64,000 nt of DNA from Octopus vulgaris (Eukaryota): positions 5,022,001-5,086,000 of the forward strand of contig OX597839.1 of assembly GCA_951406725.2 (NCBI GenBank). Reading direction: 5' to 3'. The translations under genes were made by a program, and so were the position numbers. Positions 27,045 through 40,149 of the stretch are shown piece after piece; position 1 is the first letter of the stretch, and each line of letters begins with the position of its first letter. The notes beneath the pieces were generated by a model. The model was given only the letters and a program-made list of their open reading frames with translations, searched no databases and was not told the origin of the DNA.

Positions 27045-27350
27045 AGCTTCATGGTTGTGACCCCAAAATTCTTCCTAGCCAAAGATCAGATTGTCTTGCT
27101 GGGATCTTCCACCACATTGTCCTGCAGTTGTTTGATAAATACCAGCTGGTGGATGCAGTTCGAACACCTAGTCGATCCTTTCCTGCTCCCCACAGCTTGG
27201 TAGTCTCAGTTGCTGCTGTCCATGTCACGTTTTCCTGTCGTAGAGCATCGAGCAGTTGTTATGATGTCAGCATTTTGACACCCGGTGCCACTCATCAGGG
27301 CATATTCAACCGACGCTTCTCCAATGTTCGGATGGCTTCCAGTTCTCCAT
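27045..27350 (-). mobile_element. Tc1/mariner-superfamily (maT/DD37D-like) transposase N-terminal relic
   Basis: MENWKPSEHW...QNADIITTARCS...DYQAVGSRKGSTRCSNCIHQLVFIKQLQDNVVEDPSKTI*SLARKNFGVTTMKL (HTH-like), with stops and frameshifts. Confidence 0.7.
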
Positions 27351-27838
27351 ATCAGTTGGCTCTTTCTCAACTGCAACTTTAATCTTCATGCTTTATGCTC
27401 TCTAACGTCGACGACTCTCACCAAAACCTCAAGTTCTTCCTCAAAAATGGAGTCGTAAAATATCGTTGCATTTAGTTCGATCCCGATACATGTAGGTATG
27501 ATTTTTCACAGGTATGTATATCACCTGTGATTTAGAATTCCTTCCGAGAATCATCTATCTAAAATTCATACATTTTTTAAGTAAAGACATATAGCACTTC
27601 ATATCACGTATTGAGTTCCTCCTTCAGTTAATGTCTGTTGTTTTTTGGTTATTAATAACATTATTTATCTAATGTGTACTTTACATACACACACACACAC
27701 ACACATATGTACATTCATGCGTACATGCATATAAGACTATGTATCCTTCAACACATAACGCATGTATACGCATGTATATATACATATACACACACATATA
27801 TAGATATTTATATGTTTATGTATCTATATCTATATACG

Positions 27839-27882
<44 letters not shown>

Positions 27883-27990
27883 GTATGTGTGTATATATGT
27901 ATATAAATGTATATATATATATATAAATATATATATATATAACATATATGCATACAGATATATATATAAGCACACACACACATTGATATA

Positions 27991-28031
<41 letters not shown>

Positions 28032-28072
28032 GCATACAGATATATATACTTAAGCACACACACACATTGATA

Positions 28073-28203
<131 letters not shown>

Positions 28204-28535
28204 ATGTATATATATATATATATATTTGTTTTATGAATAATTGATCGATAAGACTCCGGTAATATACACCATTAAAAGTTGTTTTAACATTGGAATTATA
28301 CCCATGTGTAAAATTAGATTGTGTAACAAAATCAATAAACGCTAACTGCCAATTTTCCCCAAGATTCTAAAATTAAATAGAAAGATACACGAACGGACAT
28401 TAAAACATCTCACAATAAACTCAGTCTGGGAAACCATTTTGAAAATATGGTCCTCGTCATGTGACGTTACTTTAGCTGCTGCTCCTGCTCCTGCTGCTGC
28501 TACAGCTCTTGTCGTTGTTGTTACGTAGTAACATA

Positions 28536-28949
28536 GGCGCAGGTGTGGCTGTGTGGTAAGTAAGCTTGTTTACCAACCACATGGTTCCGGGTTCAGTCCC
28601 ACGGCGTGGCACCTTGGGCAAGTGTCTTCTACTATAGTTTCGAGGCGACCAAAGCCTTGTGAGTGGATTTGGTAGACGGAAACTGAAAGAAGCCTGTAGT
28701 GTATATATGTATATGTATATATATATGCGTGTGTGTGTTTGTGTGTCTGTGTTTGTCCCACTAGCATTGCTTGACAACAAATGCTGGTGTGTTTATATCC
28801 CCGTTACTTAGCGGTTCGGCAAAAGAGACCGATAGAATAAGTACTGGGCTTACAAAAGAATAAGTCTCGGGGTCGAGTTGCTCGATTAAAGGCGGTGCTC
28901 CAGCATGACCGCAGTCAAATGACTGAAACAAGTAAAAGAGTAAAAGAGT
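28536..28949 (+). mobile_element. SINE family A, full length
   Basis: ggcgcaggtgtggctgtgtggtaag...gggttcagtccc (B-box-like)...aagtaaaagagtaaaagagt tail. Confidence 0.94.
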
Positions 28950-29049
28950 ATATTTAATTCAGCTCTAATAATTCGCAGGACAGACTCCCCAATACATATG
29001 TTTTTGCAAGATGTGACACATTTTGTGAGTGTTTCCTTAAGAGAGAGAA

Positions 29050-29095
<46 letters not shown>

Positions 29096-29139
29096 TGTGT
29101 GTATGTGTGTGTGTGTATTTGTTAGCGGACAACTGAGGG

Positions 29140-29272
29140 CTCACTCTTTCTTCTGTTGGCCTGCTCGCTCAGCCAACGGGGTGGCGTCATTTGAAGGCTA
29201 AAACACTACGAAGCGCATTGTGACCAGCGATGTGTAGCAACATCTGATAGCCTGGTCGGTCACGGTGATCAC
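29140..29272 (+). mobile_element. SINE family C tail-i fragment
   Basis: Matches 3' half of 40792-41078. Confidence 0.88.
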
Positions 29273-29295
29273 GTTGGTATCTACATATCTATATA

Positions 29296-29526
29296 GGCGG
29301 CGAGCTGGCAGAAACGTTAGCACTCCGGGCGAAATGCGTAGCCGTATTTCGTCTGTCGTTAAGTTGTGAGTTCAAATTCCGCCGAGCTCGACTTTGCCTT
29401 TCATCCTTTCGGGGTCGATAAATTAAGTACCAGTTACGCACTGGATCCGATGTAATCGACTTAATACCTATGTCTGTCCTTGTTTGTCCCCTCTGTGTTT
29501 AGCCCCTTGTGGGTAATAAAGAAATA
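29296..29526 (+). mobile_element. SINE family B, full length (Nin/Deu-domain-like centre)
   Basis: ggcggcgagctggcagaa head, gagttcaaattc B-box, tcgactttgcctttcatcctttcggggtcgataaattaagtaccag central block resembling the Nin domain (from memory). Confidence 0.92.
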
Positions 29527-29903
29527 GGTATCTATATACGTCTCTTTAATGAAGCGGTTCGGCAGCAGAGAGCGGTAGAATAACTACCAGATCTAAACAC
29601 TAAGAATCGGGGGACGTTTTCTTCAGCAAAAACTTTTGAAGGCGGTGTTCCAGCATGGCAGCAATCCTTTGATTGAAACACGTAAAAGTCAAACGAAAAA
29701 TCTAAACACTTGAAGATTCATCCTTCGCCGAGGCCTACAGTTTTATGATAGAAAATACTAAAGGAAATCCGAAGCCCTCCTTTATTTGCCTGATGCCTAC
29801 GGATTCCGCCGATCCACTTCCATCTATCCAGGAAGACAATACAAATTCATGAAGCCCTAATTAAATAAATGACTGAATAAATACATAAATAAATAAACGA
29901 TTA

Positions 29904-29974
<71 letters not shown>

Positions 29975-30035
29975 ATATATATATGTATATATATATGTAT
30001 GTATATATATGTATATATATATGTATATATACATG

Positions 30036-30076
<41 letters not shown>

Positions 30077-30604
30077 GTATACGTAAATAAATATTGTTAA
30101 TTAATTGGACTAATCCTTTAATAATTAATAAATTTTACACTTAACTCAATTGAAAGCTTGATCGATACTTGAAGCCGTTCCCTTGTATTTAATGGACAGC
30201 ACTCCAAGAGAAAAATAGATTGGATTTCAATTAAAGTCGACGATGCCTACGAAATGATAATTAAATATTGAGCACCCCCCACGGTTAAATGACATAAGTA
30301 CAAGCCATTGTGGTTAAATTACAATTTAACAGTGAACCAATCGTATAAATTGTTTCTTGCTCGATAAAGTTATCAATTATATTTATATTAAAACAATTTG
30401 CTTGGCAATCTATCTTAGTCTATACGTGATTTGTTTTCAATTGACGGTTGTGTATTTGAAAATTGACTGTCAGTAGATATTTAATATATATTATAGATAC
30501 AATTATAAATATACAATATTGTTTATATATTAATAGATCTTGTGAGAGTTTCATTCTCGTTACTAAACCACTTTATTATTAACAGTTCCTTAAGGCGGCG
30601 AGGT

Positions 30605-30894
30605 GGAGGCACATGGCCTAGTGGTTAGAGCAGCGGACTCGTGGTCGAGAGATCGCGGGTTGGAATCTCAGACCGGGTGATGTGTGTGTTTATGAGCGAA
30701 ACACCTAAGCTCCACGCGGCTCCGGCAGAATGTAATGGCGAAACTTCTGCTGACTCTTTCGCCGCAACTTTCTCTCACTCTGTCCTCCTGCATCTCACCT
30801 GCGACGGACCGGCGTCCCGTCCTGGTGGGGAACCTATACGCCAAGAAACCGGCCCTTATGAGCCAGGCATGGGTCGAGAAAGAACAAACAGACA
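30605..30894 (+). mobile_element. SINE family C (tRNA-Arg-like head), tail-iv, with 13-bp target-site duplication
   Basis: aaggcggcgaggt at 30592-30604 and 30895-30907; head tggcctagtggttagagcagcggactcg. Confidence 0.9.
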
Positions 30895-30896
30895 AA

Positions 30897-31172
30897 GGCG
30901 GCGAGGTGGCAGAATTGTTAGCGCGCCGGGCGAAATGCTTATCGTTATTTCGCTCGTCGGTACGTTCTGTCGGGGTCGATTAAATAAGCACCAGTTAAGC
31001 ACTGGGGTCAATGCAATCAATTCAATCCCTTCCTCCAAGTTGCCCATGTGGCAAAACATTTGAAGTCATTATTAAGTGTTCATTAAAGCGTCGAGATGGC
31101 AGAATCGTTAGTATGCTGGACGAAATGCGTAGCCCGTCACTGCGTTCTGAGTTCAACTTCCGCTGAGGTCGA
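30897..31172 (+). mobile_element. Two partial SINE family B copies
   Basis: ggcggcgaggtggcagaattgttagc...; gagatggcagaatcgttag...gaggtcgac. Confidence 0.8.
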
Positions 31173-31174
31173 CA

Positions 31175-31520
31175 TAAGTTTCTTTTGCACTAGCGGTCCT
31201 TTTGGCGAAGGTTTTCACTGTTGACCTTTGCTACACCAGGGTCGTCTTTGCCTCACGTTGAAGTACAGTATCCACTTTTTTCAGCCATAGTGATTACTGA
31301 CTCCGACCAATCGAACCTTTGGCTTCGCCAGAGCAGACTTTGACATGCTGTGACACGTGCTTGTCTGTTCACTTCAGTCAATTCATGTGACACCCATTTT
31401 CCAAGCTTGCTGACCTTGCCGAGACGATGCAGGTGGTTGATGATCGTGACATGGGAGACGCCAAACTGTACCGCAAGCTGACATGCAGTTTCCATCGGAT
31501 CGGCTTCCATGACTAGGAAC
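31175..31520 (-). mobile_element. Mariner transposase relic (HTH, WVPHEL linker, start of catalytic domain)
   Basis: LAVQFGVSHVTIINHLHRLGKVSKLGKWVSHELTEVNRQARVTACQSLL...VITMAEK/WILYFNVRQRRPW; frameshift at the GDEKW-equivalent motif. Confidence 0.9.
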
Positions 31521-31553
31521 AATTACCTGCCCAAGAACTTTCTCATCAATGTA

Positions 31554-31591
<38 letters not shown>

Positions 31592-31938
31592 GAAATATGT
31601 TACGAGAAAAAATATAAAATACACGTGGAAATGTAAGGGCAAAATATGAAAAATCAACGAAAATGCACCTTGCAAAAAGAAAAAGGCTATTTATGACAGG
31701 TAACGACAAATATATACATTTAGATTGACTGAGGTAGTTATATGAGTCATATAAGTCATTATTATGAGATGATTATAAGATGATTATAAAGGAAGAGAAC
31801 AAAACGAACCATGGTTTACGCAAAGCTTATTCATCGTTTGAACAACACCGGTTAATACATGCATATATATATATTGGATAGTAAGTGAAGCATGTTTTAT
31901 ATATCAACATTATTATTATACTTTTCTAGTTATTTAAA

Positions 31939-32070
31939 TCCTCTGACGAGGCCTTTGGTTATTTAAACATACAAGTATAATTTTTAATGCCTAGAACAGT
32001 ATTACACTGGCATCTATGGGCAATATAAGTTGAATTGACTCTTGACCATAGGCTGGAACAGCTGTAAGGA
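31939..32070 (+). ncRNA. Type I hammerhead-like motif with long stem II insert (GAAA changed to GGAA)
   Basis: tcct-CTGACGA-ggcctttggtt...gaccataggct-GGAA-cagctg-TA/agga; palindromic ACAGCTGT. Confidence 0.65.
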
Positions 32071-32515
32071 GCAGTTTATTTTTTATTTGTAGTATTTTTA
32101 TTTTTTATTATTATATTACATATTGATGTATATTGTTTTGTTCGATGTTGATGTTCCCATTTGTATAATTAATAAATAATGTGAAATAGTAATATCTGTA
32201 AGTTGATGATCGAAATGAAATTGTTTCTCCATTTTCTTATTTGTATATATGTATATATATAATTAAAACTGAAGAAGGTATCTGCTTTTGTGGATCTCAT
32301 TTCATACAGGTGCGATACTGAAACGAAAGCTTTCAGTTTCAGGTTTAATAAAATGTCGTATATTTTACATGTATTGGACACACCTTTCTTATTTGTCCAT
32401 TAGTAAGCAACGTAACTGAATATGTATGTGTGTGCTTTGTGTGCGTGTGCGTATGTATATACCTACATGCAAAACATACTTATATACACATACATTACAT
32501 ACATATATATGATAA

Positions 32516-32595
<80 letters not shown>

Positions 32596-32736
32596 TGAGA
32601 GAGAGTGAGAGAGAGAGCTAGATACACGCATCCATATATATATATATACACATACATATATACAGACGCACTCACACACATGAATTATATAAACACAAAG
32701 TGTGATGCACGCTATGTATGCGCGTTTGTGCGTGCA

Positions 32737-32802
<66 letters not shown>

Positions 32803-33499
32803 TGACAAGTTCTCTGCGAACGTTGTAACTGGCTCCAGATTTCTGGTCAAACACGGCTCAAGGGTCTCATAAAATATTTAATAGCGGAAAACATACTGCA
32901 GTGAACCAGCTATTGGACCGCTGTAACTCTGTAACCAAATACACTGTACACACAAACGATATAAATAAAGAAACATAAAAATAATAAATACAGCCAAACA
33001 TTGAAAACCCAAAAACACAGCAAAAACATGAAGATATTTCTGAATGAAAACACAACCAGAAGTCAGCCATATTGTTTTTGTGTTTTTCCATTCCAATTTT
33101 CGAGTTGAATGTCTCTATGTTTATTTCCTCTCCTTAGAGACTTGGAAATGTGAACTGTCAGAAAAATTAAATAAATAACATGATAATTTAAAATAGTGGA
33201 ACAAGGAAAATACAGATAACTGCTGTTGTTGCTTCTTCCATTGATGTTGTTGTTGTTGTCGTTAACAGCAGCTTGATCTAGAAGCCATGTGATCAAAAAT
33301 AATATAACCTTTTATATTCTAGACTTCTTAACTGACCTGCCTTTCCTTCTAGCATGGAATTTACCAAGTTTGTTTAATGTTTTCATTCACCTATTTTCTT
33401 TTCTTATTGATTACTTTCAGTCATTGGATTGCGACCATGCTGGAATTCCGTCATCAACGGTTTGGTGGAACAAATCTAGGTCAGGCTTTATTGTTTTCA

Positions 33500-33860
33500 A
33501 CTAATTGTCTGGCAACGGGTAGTGTCAATGCTATGTCGTCGGGAACTTCGGTTCCTGGTAGGGCCACCCAAGGCGGATTGGTCTGACACCGAGTGGTATT
33601 AGGGCCAGAACCCCGCAGACGGGGCTCTGGTGAAAATCCTCGGAGTGTCTGCTTCGGCAACCGACGGCTCCTCGGTCGTTCTGTCCCTGCGCCTGCGGAC
33701 AATCTGCGGCAAACAGGATGTCTCTATATGCGGGATTGTTGGGGACCACTTGCGAAAATCATATCCCCACGAAACTTCTTCCACCGCCATGGTTCGAGAT
33801 GTCTCGAGGGTGGTGGAAGAAGCCGACTCAACCCGCCCTGGGTGAATGTCGCCACAAGTG
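33500..33860 (+). mobile_element. Probable RTE-clade LINE 5' region inserted into a degenerate SINE A
   Basis: GC-rich island; gctatgtcgtcggg...cctggtagggccacccaaggcggattggtc resembles the BovB/Expander 5' motif (from memory); SINE A remnants on both sides (~33415-33495, ~33862-33905). Confidence 0.55.
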
Positions 33861-34203
33861 GTATATTTTCTATCTGTCCATTTTTGCCGAACCACTAGTT
33901 TACGGAGAGGTAATCAATAGACCGACAACTTTTCCAAACGAGGATAGAGAAGAAACAGGACACGCAGCGTGCACTCAGCTACACACCTTCCGGTGTGTGC
34001 ACACACACCCGTACACCTCTCTCTCACACACGCGCACGCACACACATACTCACACATACACATCTTATAACAATTTGATTCGGCTCTTACAACTTCAAGT
34101 TACGTAGACTGGTCAAGCGAACTTCACTCGTCAGCCTCCTACTCAGTGTTATGAGTGCCAGATTTCTGTCACTTGTCCTCTCACTCATACACACAGACAC
34201 AGA

Positions 34204-34710
34204 CATCATCATCATCATTGTTCGACCGTAGTCGAGACAATGGAATTTACCATGCTACGCCAGACTTCACGGTCTATCATAGCATTACGGGGGTCCTGTT
34301 GCTGGATGCCTGTATCCCTGGACATTACATCAGGGTAGGAGAGTGTGCGCCCTCTGGTATTGCGAGTAGATGGCTTCCAGAGGAGAAGAGTATAAATTAC
34401 TTCTTTTTCAGCTCTATAACAATGTCCAGCAAACTGGACTCTCCTACCTTTCACAAGAGATGACACAGGTGGTAGTTTCCCATATATTTGCATTTTGGTT
34501 GGATGGCGCTTCCACGAGAGATTTTGAGCTTTCATAAGGAGGCGAGTGTAGGTTCCATCCAACCGCCTCTCAAGCTTCTTTGATAACGTCCAGGTTTCTG
34601 AGCCATATAGTAGAACTGGTTCGACTGTGGCTTTGAAGATTTCAAGATTGAAGTCTCTACTTAGATTTGATGACCAGATCTTATGCATGTCATTACAGGC
34701 TGACCAGGCA
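34204..34710 (-). mobile_element. RTE-clade LINE 3' end (RT C-terminal region, open frame) with (TGA)n tail
   Basis: ORF 34215-34745: AWSACNDMHKIW...VEPVLLYGSETWTLSKKLERRLDGTY...FAGHCYR...DREVWRSMV; stop followed directly by tgatgatg. Confidence 0.92.
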
Positions 34711-35091
34711 CACACACACGTACGCATGCACACACATACGCACACACCTATATCTGTCTGGCTTCTTTCAGTTTCCCTCTACCAATTTCACTCAATAGTC
34801 GTCCGAGGTTATTGTATCAGTGAGGCTTCCGTGAGGTAACCCATCCCAAAATAAAGGTTATTCTTCAGATAAAGACTAACCCTTTTAGTAAGGTAGCACA
34901 AAAATTCAAATACTTAAGGGGCCAAAGCAGTATGAAAATACAAGAATTTCGAATTCCTTTTAAGCGTAATAAAAAAGTTCATAATTGTTTCTTACTGGTC
35001 TCAACAGAATCCACGTGGTGGTTTTTTGTGAGGAGTAAGTATAATAGCTGTCTTATGTGTTCGAATAAAACTAAGGAAGTGACCACTATAA

Positions 35092-35156
<65 letters not shown>

Positions 35157-35569
35157 TATATACATACATATATATATTCTGTGCGCAGAATTCAAATCGT
35201 TGCACGATCATATTTGGCTTCTATCATTTTGGGGTAGAAATTGTGTACCATCCCCAGACGGTGGAATTTCTGAGACGTCTATGACCATTTGCTTGTCTAA
35301 AGTATTTCATGTGTTTATCCAAAATTTCTATGCTAGTTTTTAGATCTTTATTTCGCTCTTGTTTCATACGTTCTGAGTTATATAAAGCATCTTAAGATAC
35401 TCAGGTGGTTGGAAACAAAACTGGGCGCGTGTATCATTATATGATGCATGGACGCCCGAAAAAGACAAAGGATTACACTTCCAAAACTATGGAAGTGTAC
35501 TATACATGTACTATAAATATATGTACATGTGTATATATATATATGCATGAGTGTGTATATGTATATATA

Positions 35570-35798
35570 TTTCTTTACTACCCACAAGGGGCTAAACACA
35601 GAGGAGACAAACAAGGATAGACACACGGATCAAGTCGATTGCATCGATCCCAGTGCGTAACTGGTACTTAATTTATCGACCCCGGAAGGATGAAAGGCAA
35701 AGTCGACCTCGGCGGAATTTGAACTCGGAACGTAACGGCAGACGAAATACGGCAACGCATTTCGCCCGGCGTGCTAACGTTTCTGCCAGCTCGCCGCC
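35570..35798 (-). mobile_element. SINE family B, full length
   Basis: Matches 24522-24748. Confidence 0.93.
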
Positions 35799-36766
35799 TT
35801 TTTGTATATATATGTATATATGTATGTGTTTGTATGTGCACGTTCGTTTGTGTGTGTGTGCGTGTGTGCGCGCGTGTGTGTGTGGTGTGTGTGTAAGATT
35901 CAAAATTTGCACTGAAGGCCGACAAATGAACAAAAAGGAAAATTAAGCTATAAGACGTGAAAATAGTCTTTCCTCGTCAATTATAGTCCAAAAATTCATA
36001 ACAATTTCACGCCAATACTTCGCACAATTGGTGTTACACTCCAATATTCTATTACAGATATATTCTTCTATAATTTTACATCTTTTAGCCTCAGGTCTGT
36101 AACCATGCTGGGACCAATCAGTATCAATTTCAACGGCACTGGACTCCAGGAGACAGATATATCTAAATGGAAACGCGTGTTGTTTAACGGAGTAGATTAA
36201 AGGGAGCTAACTGAATACCGGAAGGCTTTTAATCAGCCACGCTAGGGTTCACAATCATTCAGATCCGCCATCACGTTGAAACTTAATATGTCCTATAGAA
36301 ATATGTATTAATTCATATATTACATTAGATTTTAATTAGAGAGATTTTTATTCTGTTTTGATAAGGTTTCTAATTACACCTAGCTAGTGGAATTACAGCA
36401 ACTTCGTCGAAATATTAAGTTATGAATAGCTATTTGATAGACGCCAACGGCGTTGTTAATCTACGTTTGACAAACGTTGTGAGCAATTTCTATTGCGCTA
36501 TGCACGCATGTGTACGCAGGCATACGCACATACATATAAGCACACGTTCGCATGCGTACTTTCGTATTATTCACACAGACAAACACATGCAGATACGCTA
36601 GCAAACCCATTCATACGAACAAGGTTATATATACATAGTCAGACCACACATTCAGAGACACGTGCGCAAATATATATATATTAATTTACATTTGTGTAAT
36701 ATGTGTGTAATACATACCTTCATATAAACCTTGATACATTATCACGTATATATATATATAAATATG

Positions 36767-36810
<44 letters not shown>

Positions 36811-37027
36811 TGTATATATATATGTTTATATGTGTATGAGTATGTGTGTTTGTGTGTTTGTGTGTGTGTGTGTATGTATGTATTATATATGTAAGTATGT
36901 TTAATGCTTGCTTTTAAATCAAATAAGACTTAAAGATTACTCGATACTTTTGCAGAGTACAAATTTATTAAACATTATCAAGAATACTATTGAAAGTAAC
37001 TTCGAAGTTCCCACCTATTAAGCAACA

Positions 37028-37096
<69 letters not shown>

Positions 37097-37129
37097 TTAT
37101 GTATGCGTGTGTATGAAGTTATATGTCTT

Positions 37130-37473
37130 GGAGTGGCTGTGTGGTAAGTAGCTTGCTTACCAACCACATGGTTCCGAGTTCATTCCCACAGCGTGGCACC
37201 TTGGCCAAGTGTCTTCTACTATATGTATATATATATGTGTGTATATATGTATATATAATTAATATCAGGGTAATATAAATTATAGAAAGTTTTACTACCA
37301 GTAGTCTAGCGCATATAGAATACCGTGTACATTAATTTGATGGTAAATGTTTTTCTTTTTCTTTCCCTTCGAGAATTTATCCCTAATTAGTTGCTTGAAC
37401 TTTAACTGTTCTTTCTAGCGCAACGCATTCCTATGATGGAAGCCTCTTAATGTGTTTTAATGTACACGGTTCT

Positions 37474-37510
<37 letters not shown>

Positions 37511-37650
37511 TTGTGTGTGTATGTGTGTGTGTGCGTGTGTGTGTGTGCATGTATGCGTTTAGGTTTGTGTATCTATGTTTTTGTCCTCCCAACATTGCTT
37601 GACAACCGATGGTGGTGTGTTTACCTCCCCAAAACGTAGCGGTTCGGAAA
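37130..37650 (+). mobile_element. SINE family A split by a ~220-bp insertion in its internal TA tract
   Basis: Head 37130-37222, body resumes ~37565-37650; unrelated 37255-37475 in between. Confidence 0.75.
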
Positions 37651-37904
37651 AAGTATGTGTGTGTGTGTGTGTTTTGCTGACAAATGCTTCTTATTACAAT
37701 CCATCTTCTGTATAAATCTTTAAAAATATATCCTACGTGCAGCTTGGAATTCCGGACGTAGATCCAAAGATGAACGCGCAACCTTGTAACTAAGAGGCGA
37801 ACGTGCTCTTCAGACACACTACCTGGGGCCTACCTTGAAACACGGTTTGGATACTACATTTAATGCCTACCTTCTAAACCTTAAATCTTTAATTTTAAAT
37901 TTGA

Positions 37905-37971
<67 letters not shown>

Positions 37972-37975
<4 letters not shown>

Positions 37976-38329
37976 AAATATTAGGGAATAAATCCAAACT
38001 TACAAGGAAAAATCAGATTTAGGATTGAATCCAATTTTATAATAAAATATTATATTATATTAAATTAGAGATAAAACCACTATTAGGCAAATCAAACAAT
38101 GAAAAACTTAAGCCAATACATAAAATTAATTAATTTATATTATTTTAAATATATATCAAAAGTATTAAAAGTTTAATAAAAGATAATGCGTAAAACACTA
38201 CGATCGTTTCATGGCTGTCCAATTCGTAATAATTCGAGTTATGGTTACAGTCAATCTTCAGGTAATTGAAATATTTATCTTAGCGAGGTTTAGCAATGAA
38301 CTCATAATAGTGGTTTTATCTCTAATTTA
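37972..38329. mobile_element. Family H element (TA-associated, 25-bp internal inverted repeat)
   Basis: ttaggga...ccaaactta.a.ggaaaaa motif shared with 1545-1625, 4090-4175, 41925-42688, 51400-51650; 38061-38085 is reverse complement of 38305-38329. Confidence 0.78.
38196..38264 (-). ncRNA. Type I hammerhead ribozyme, intact core, weak stem I
   Basis: tac-CTGAAGA-t-tgactgt...acagcca-t-GAAA-cgatcg-TA/gtg; palindromic ACGATCGT. Confidence 0.65.
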
Positions 38330-38535
38330 TAAAAGAGTAGTTTGAAAACGCCACTATATAAGATAAATTTTAATTTTCTTAGAAATTTTACATGTTTCGG
38401 TTCTTGAAAAAACGAACCTTATCAAAAATATTTTAAAAAGTTAAGTGTAATAAAAAAGTTCATAATTGTTTCTTAATGGTCTCAACAGAATCCACGTGGT
38501 GGGTTTTTTTGTGGGGAGTAAGCTAAGGAAATGAC

Positions 38536-38566
<31 letters not shown>

Positions 38567-38627
38567 AGCATATATACATACATATACATATATATACACA
38601 TATATATATACATACATATATATATAC

Positions 38628-38690
<63 letters not shown>

Positions 38691-39804
38691 AAGAGAGAGA
38701 GAAATAGAGAGTGATACACGGAGGATATAGAAGTTGTTTTCTTCAATTGACGCAAGGTAATAGGCATCTACTATGATTACTTAGTTTGGTTTACCACTAA
38801 AACTCCGGCTAGAACTGTAATTAGAAGTGTGGTATAAAGACTGCTTATGAGAAGCGGCTAGAAGTGGCTTTACCTTGAGCAGGTAGATATAGATTGAAAT
38901 AAAAATGAAAACGAAAAAAACAAGCGTTTGGTATCACTTGAAAAGGGAATTTAATTTAGATCGATAATATAAATAGATAATAGAAAAGACAAAGAGACTG
39001 CATTCATTATATAGACAGTAAAACCTCTGTAAGAGATTGTGTATGCTTCTATCATTGATCTAAATTAAATGTCATTTTCAAATGATAGCAAATATTTTGC
39101 TTTTCCATTTTTACTTTAATCTATACATCAGACGTGGCTGTGTGGTAAGAAGCTTGCTTCTCAACTATTGGGTCGTCAAGTCTGAAATTTGTAGAAAAGA
39201 AAAAAAAATCAATCTGCTTATACATACATACATACATACATACATACAAAAGTACTCAGCTGATGTTGTTGAAATTCCAACGAAGGGGCCTTGGATGTAG
39301 GTTAGAAACCGGCTCCTTGGCAAGAAATCTTTTAAGTAAAAGTGAATAATGGCTGCAGACTCATGACTGAAACAAATAAAAGATGAAAGATATGCCATGC
39401 CTGCATACATACACATGCATACACAAACACAAAAAGGGAATGAGAAAGAGAGAAGAGAGAGAAAGAGAGAAGAGAGAGAAAGAGAGAAGAGAGAGAAAGA
39501 GAAATGAGAGATACCCAAGTTCAGATATAAGACTTTGGTCTTTAGAATCAACAGATATGTCTGAAGTAGCAGTATTACTCACATACGTATGTGTGTGCAT
39601 GTGTGTATACATATATATATATATACATATATACATGTATATATATACATATTTACATATACATATATACATATACACATATATATATATATATATATAC
39701 ATGTATATATATATATACATGTATATATATATACATATATACATGTATATATATATATACATATACATGTATACATATATACATGTATATATATATATAT
39801 ACAT

Positions 39805-39864
<60 letters not shown>

Positions 39865-39976
39865 ATATATATGTATATATATGTATGTATTATGTAAGTA
39901 TTATGTGTGTGTAGGTATATATATATTTAAATATATACCTGTATGTACATGTGTGTGCGTGTGTGTTTGTGTGTGC

Positions 39977-40013
<37 letters not shown>

Positions 40014-40149
40014 CGCGTGTATGAAACCATAACTGTTATTACCTTGATGAATATTCTCATATCATTTCACTGTCATTTCTATTTAATTGCTTTCAGCATT
40101 CACCAGGCCAGTTTCTCAATATGATAACGATCTCTGCACATGATTCCGT

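Noticed and set aside
27265-27303. Minus-strand CTGATGA followed by a hairpin
   Set aside because: Lacks GAAA and lies inside a transposase relic.
33600-33700. HDV-like ribozyme around ggctcctcggtc
   Set aside because: Could not assign P1.1 GG, P2 or J4/2 by eye.
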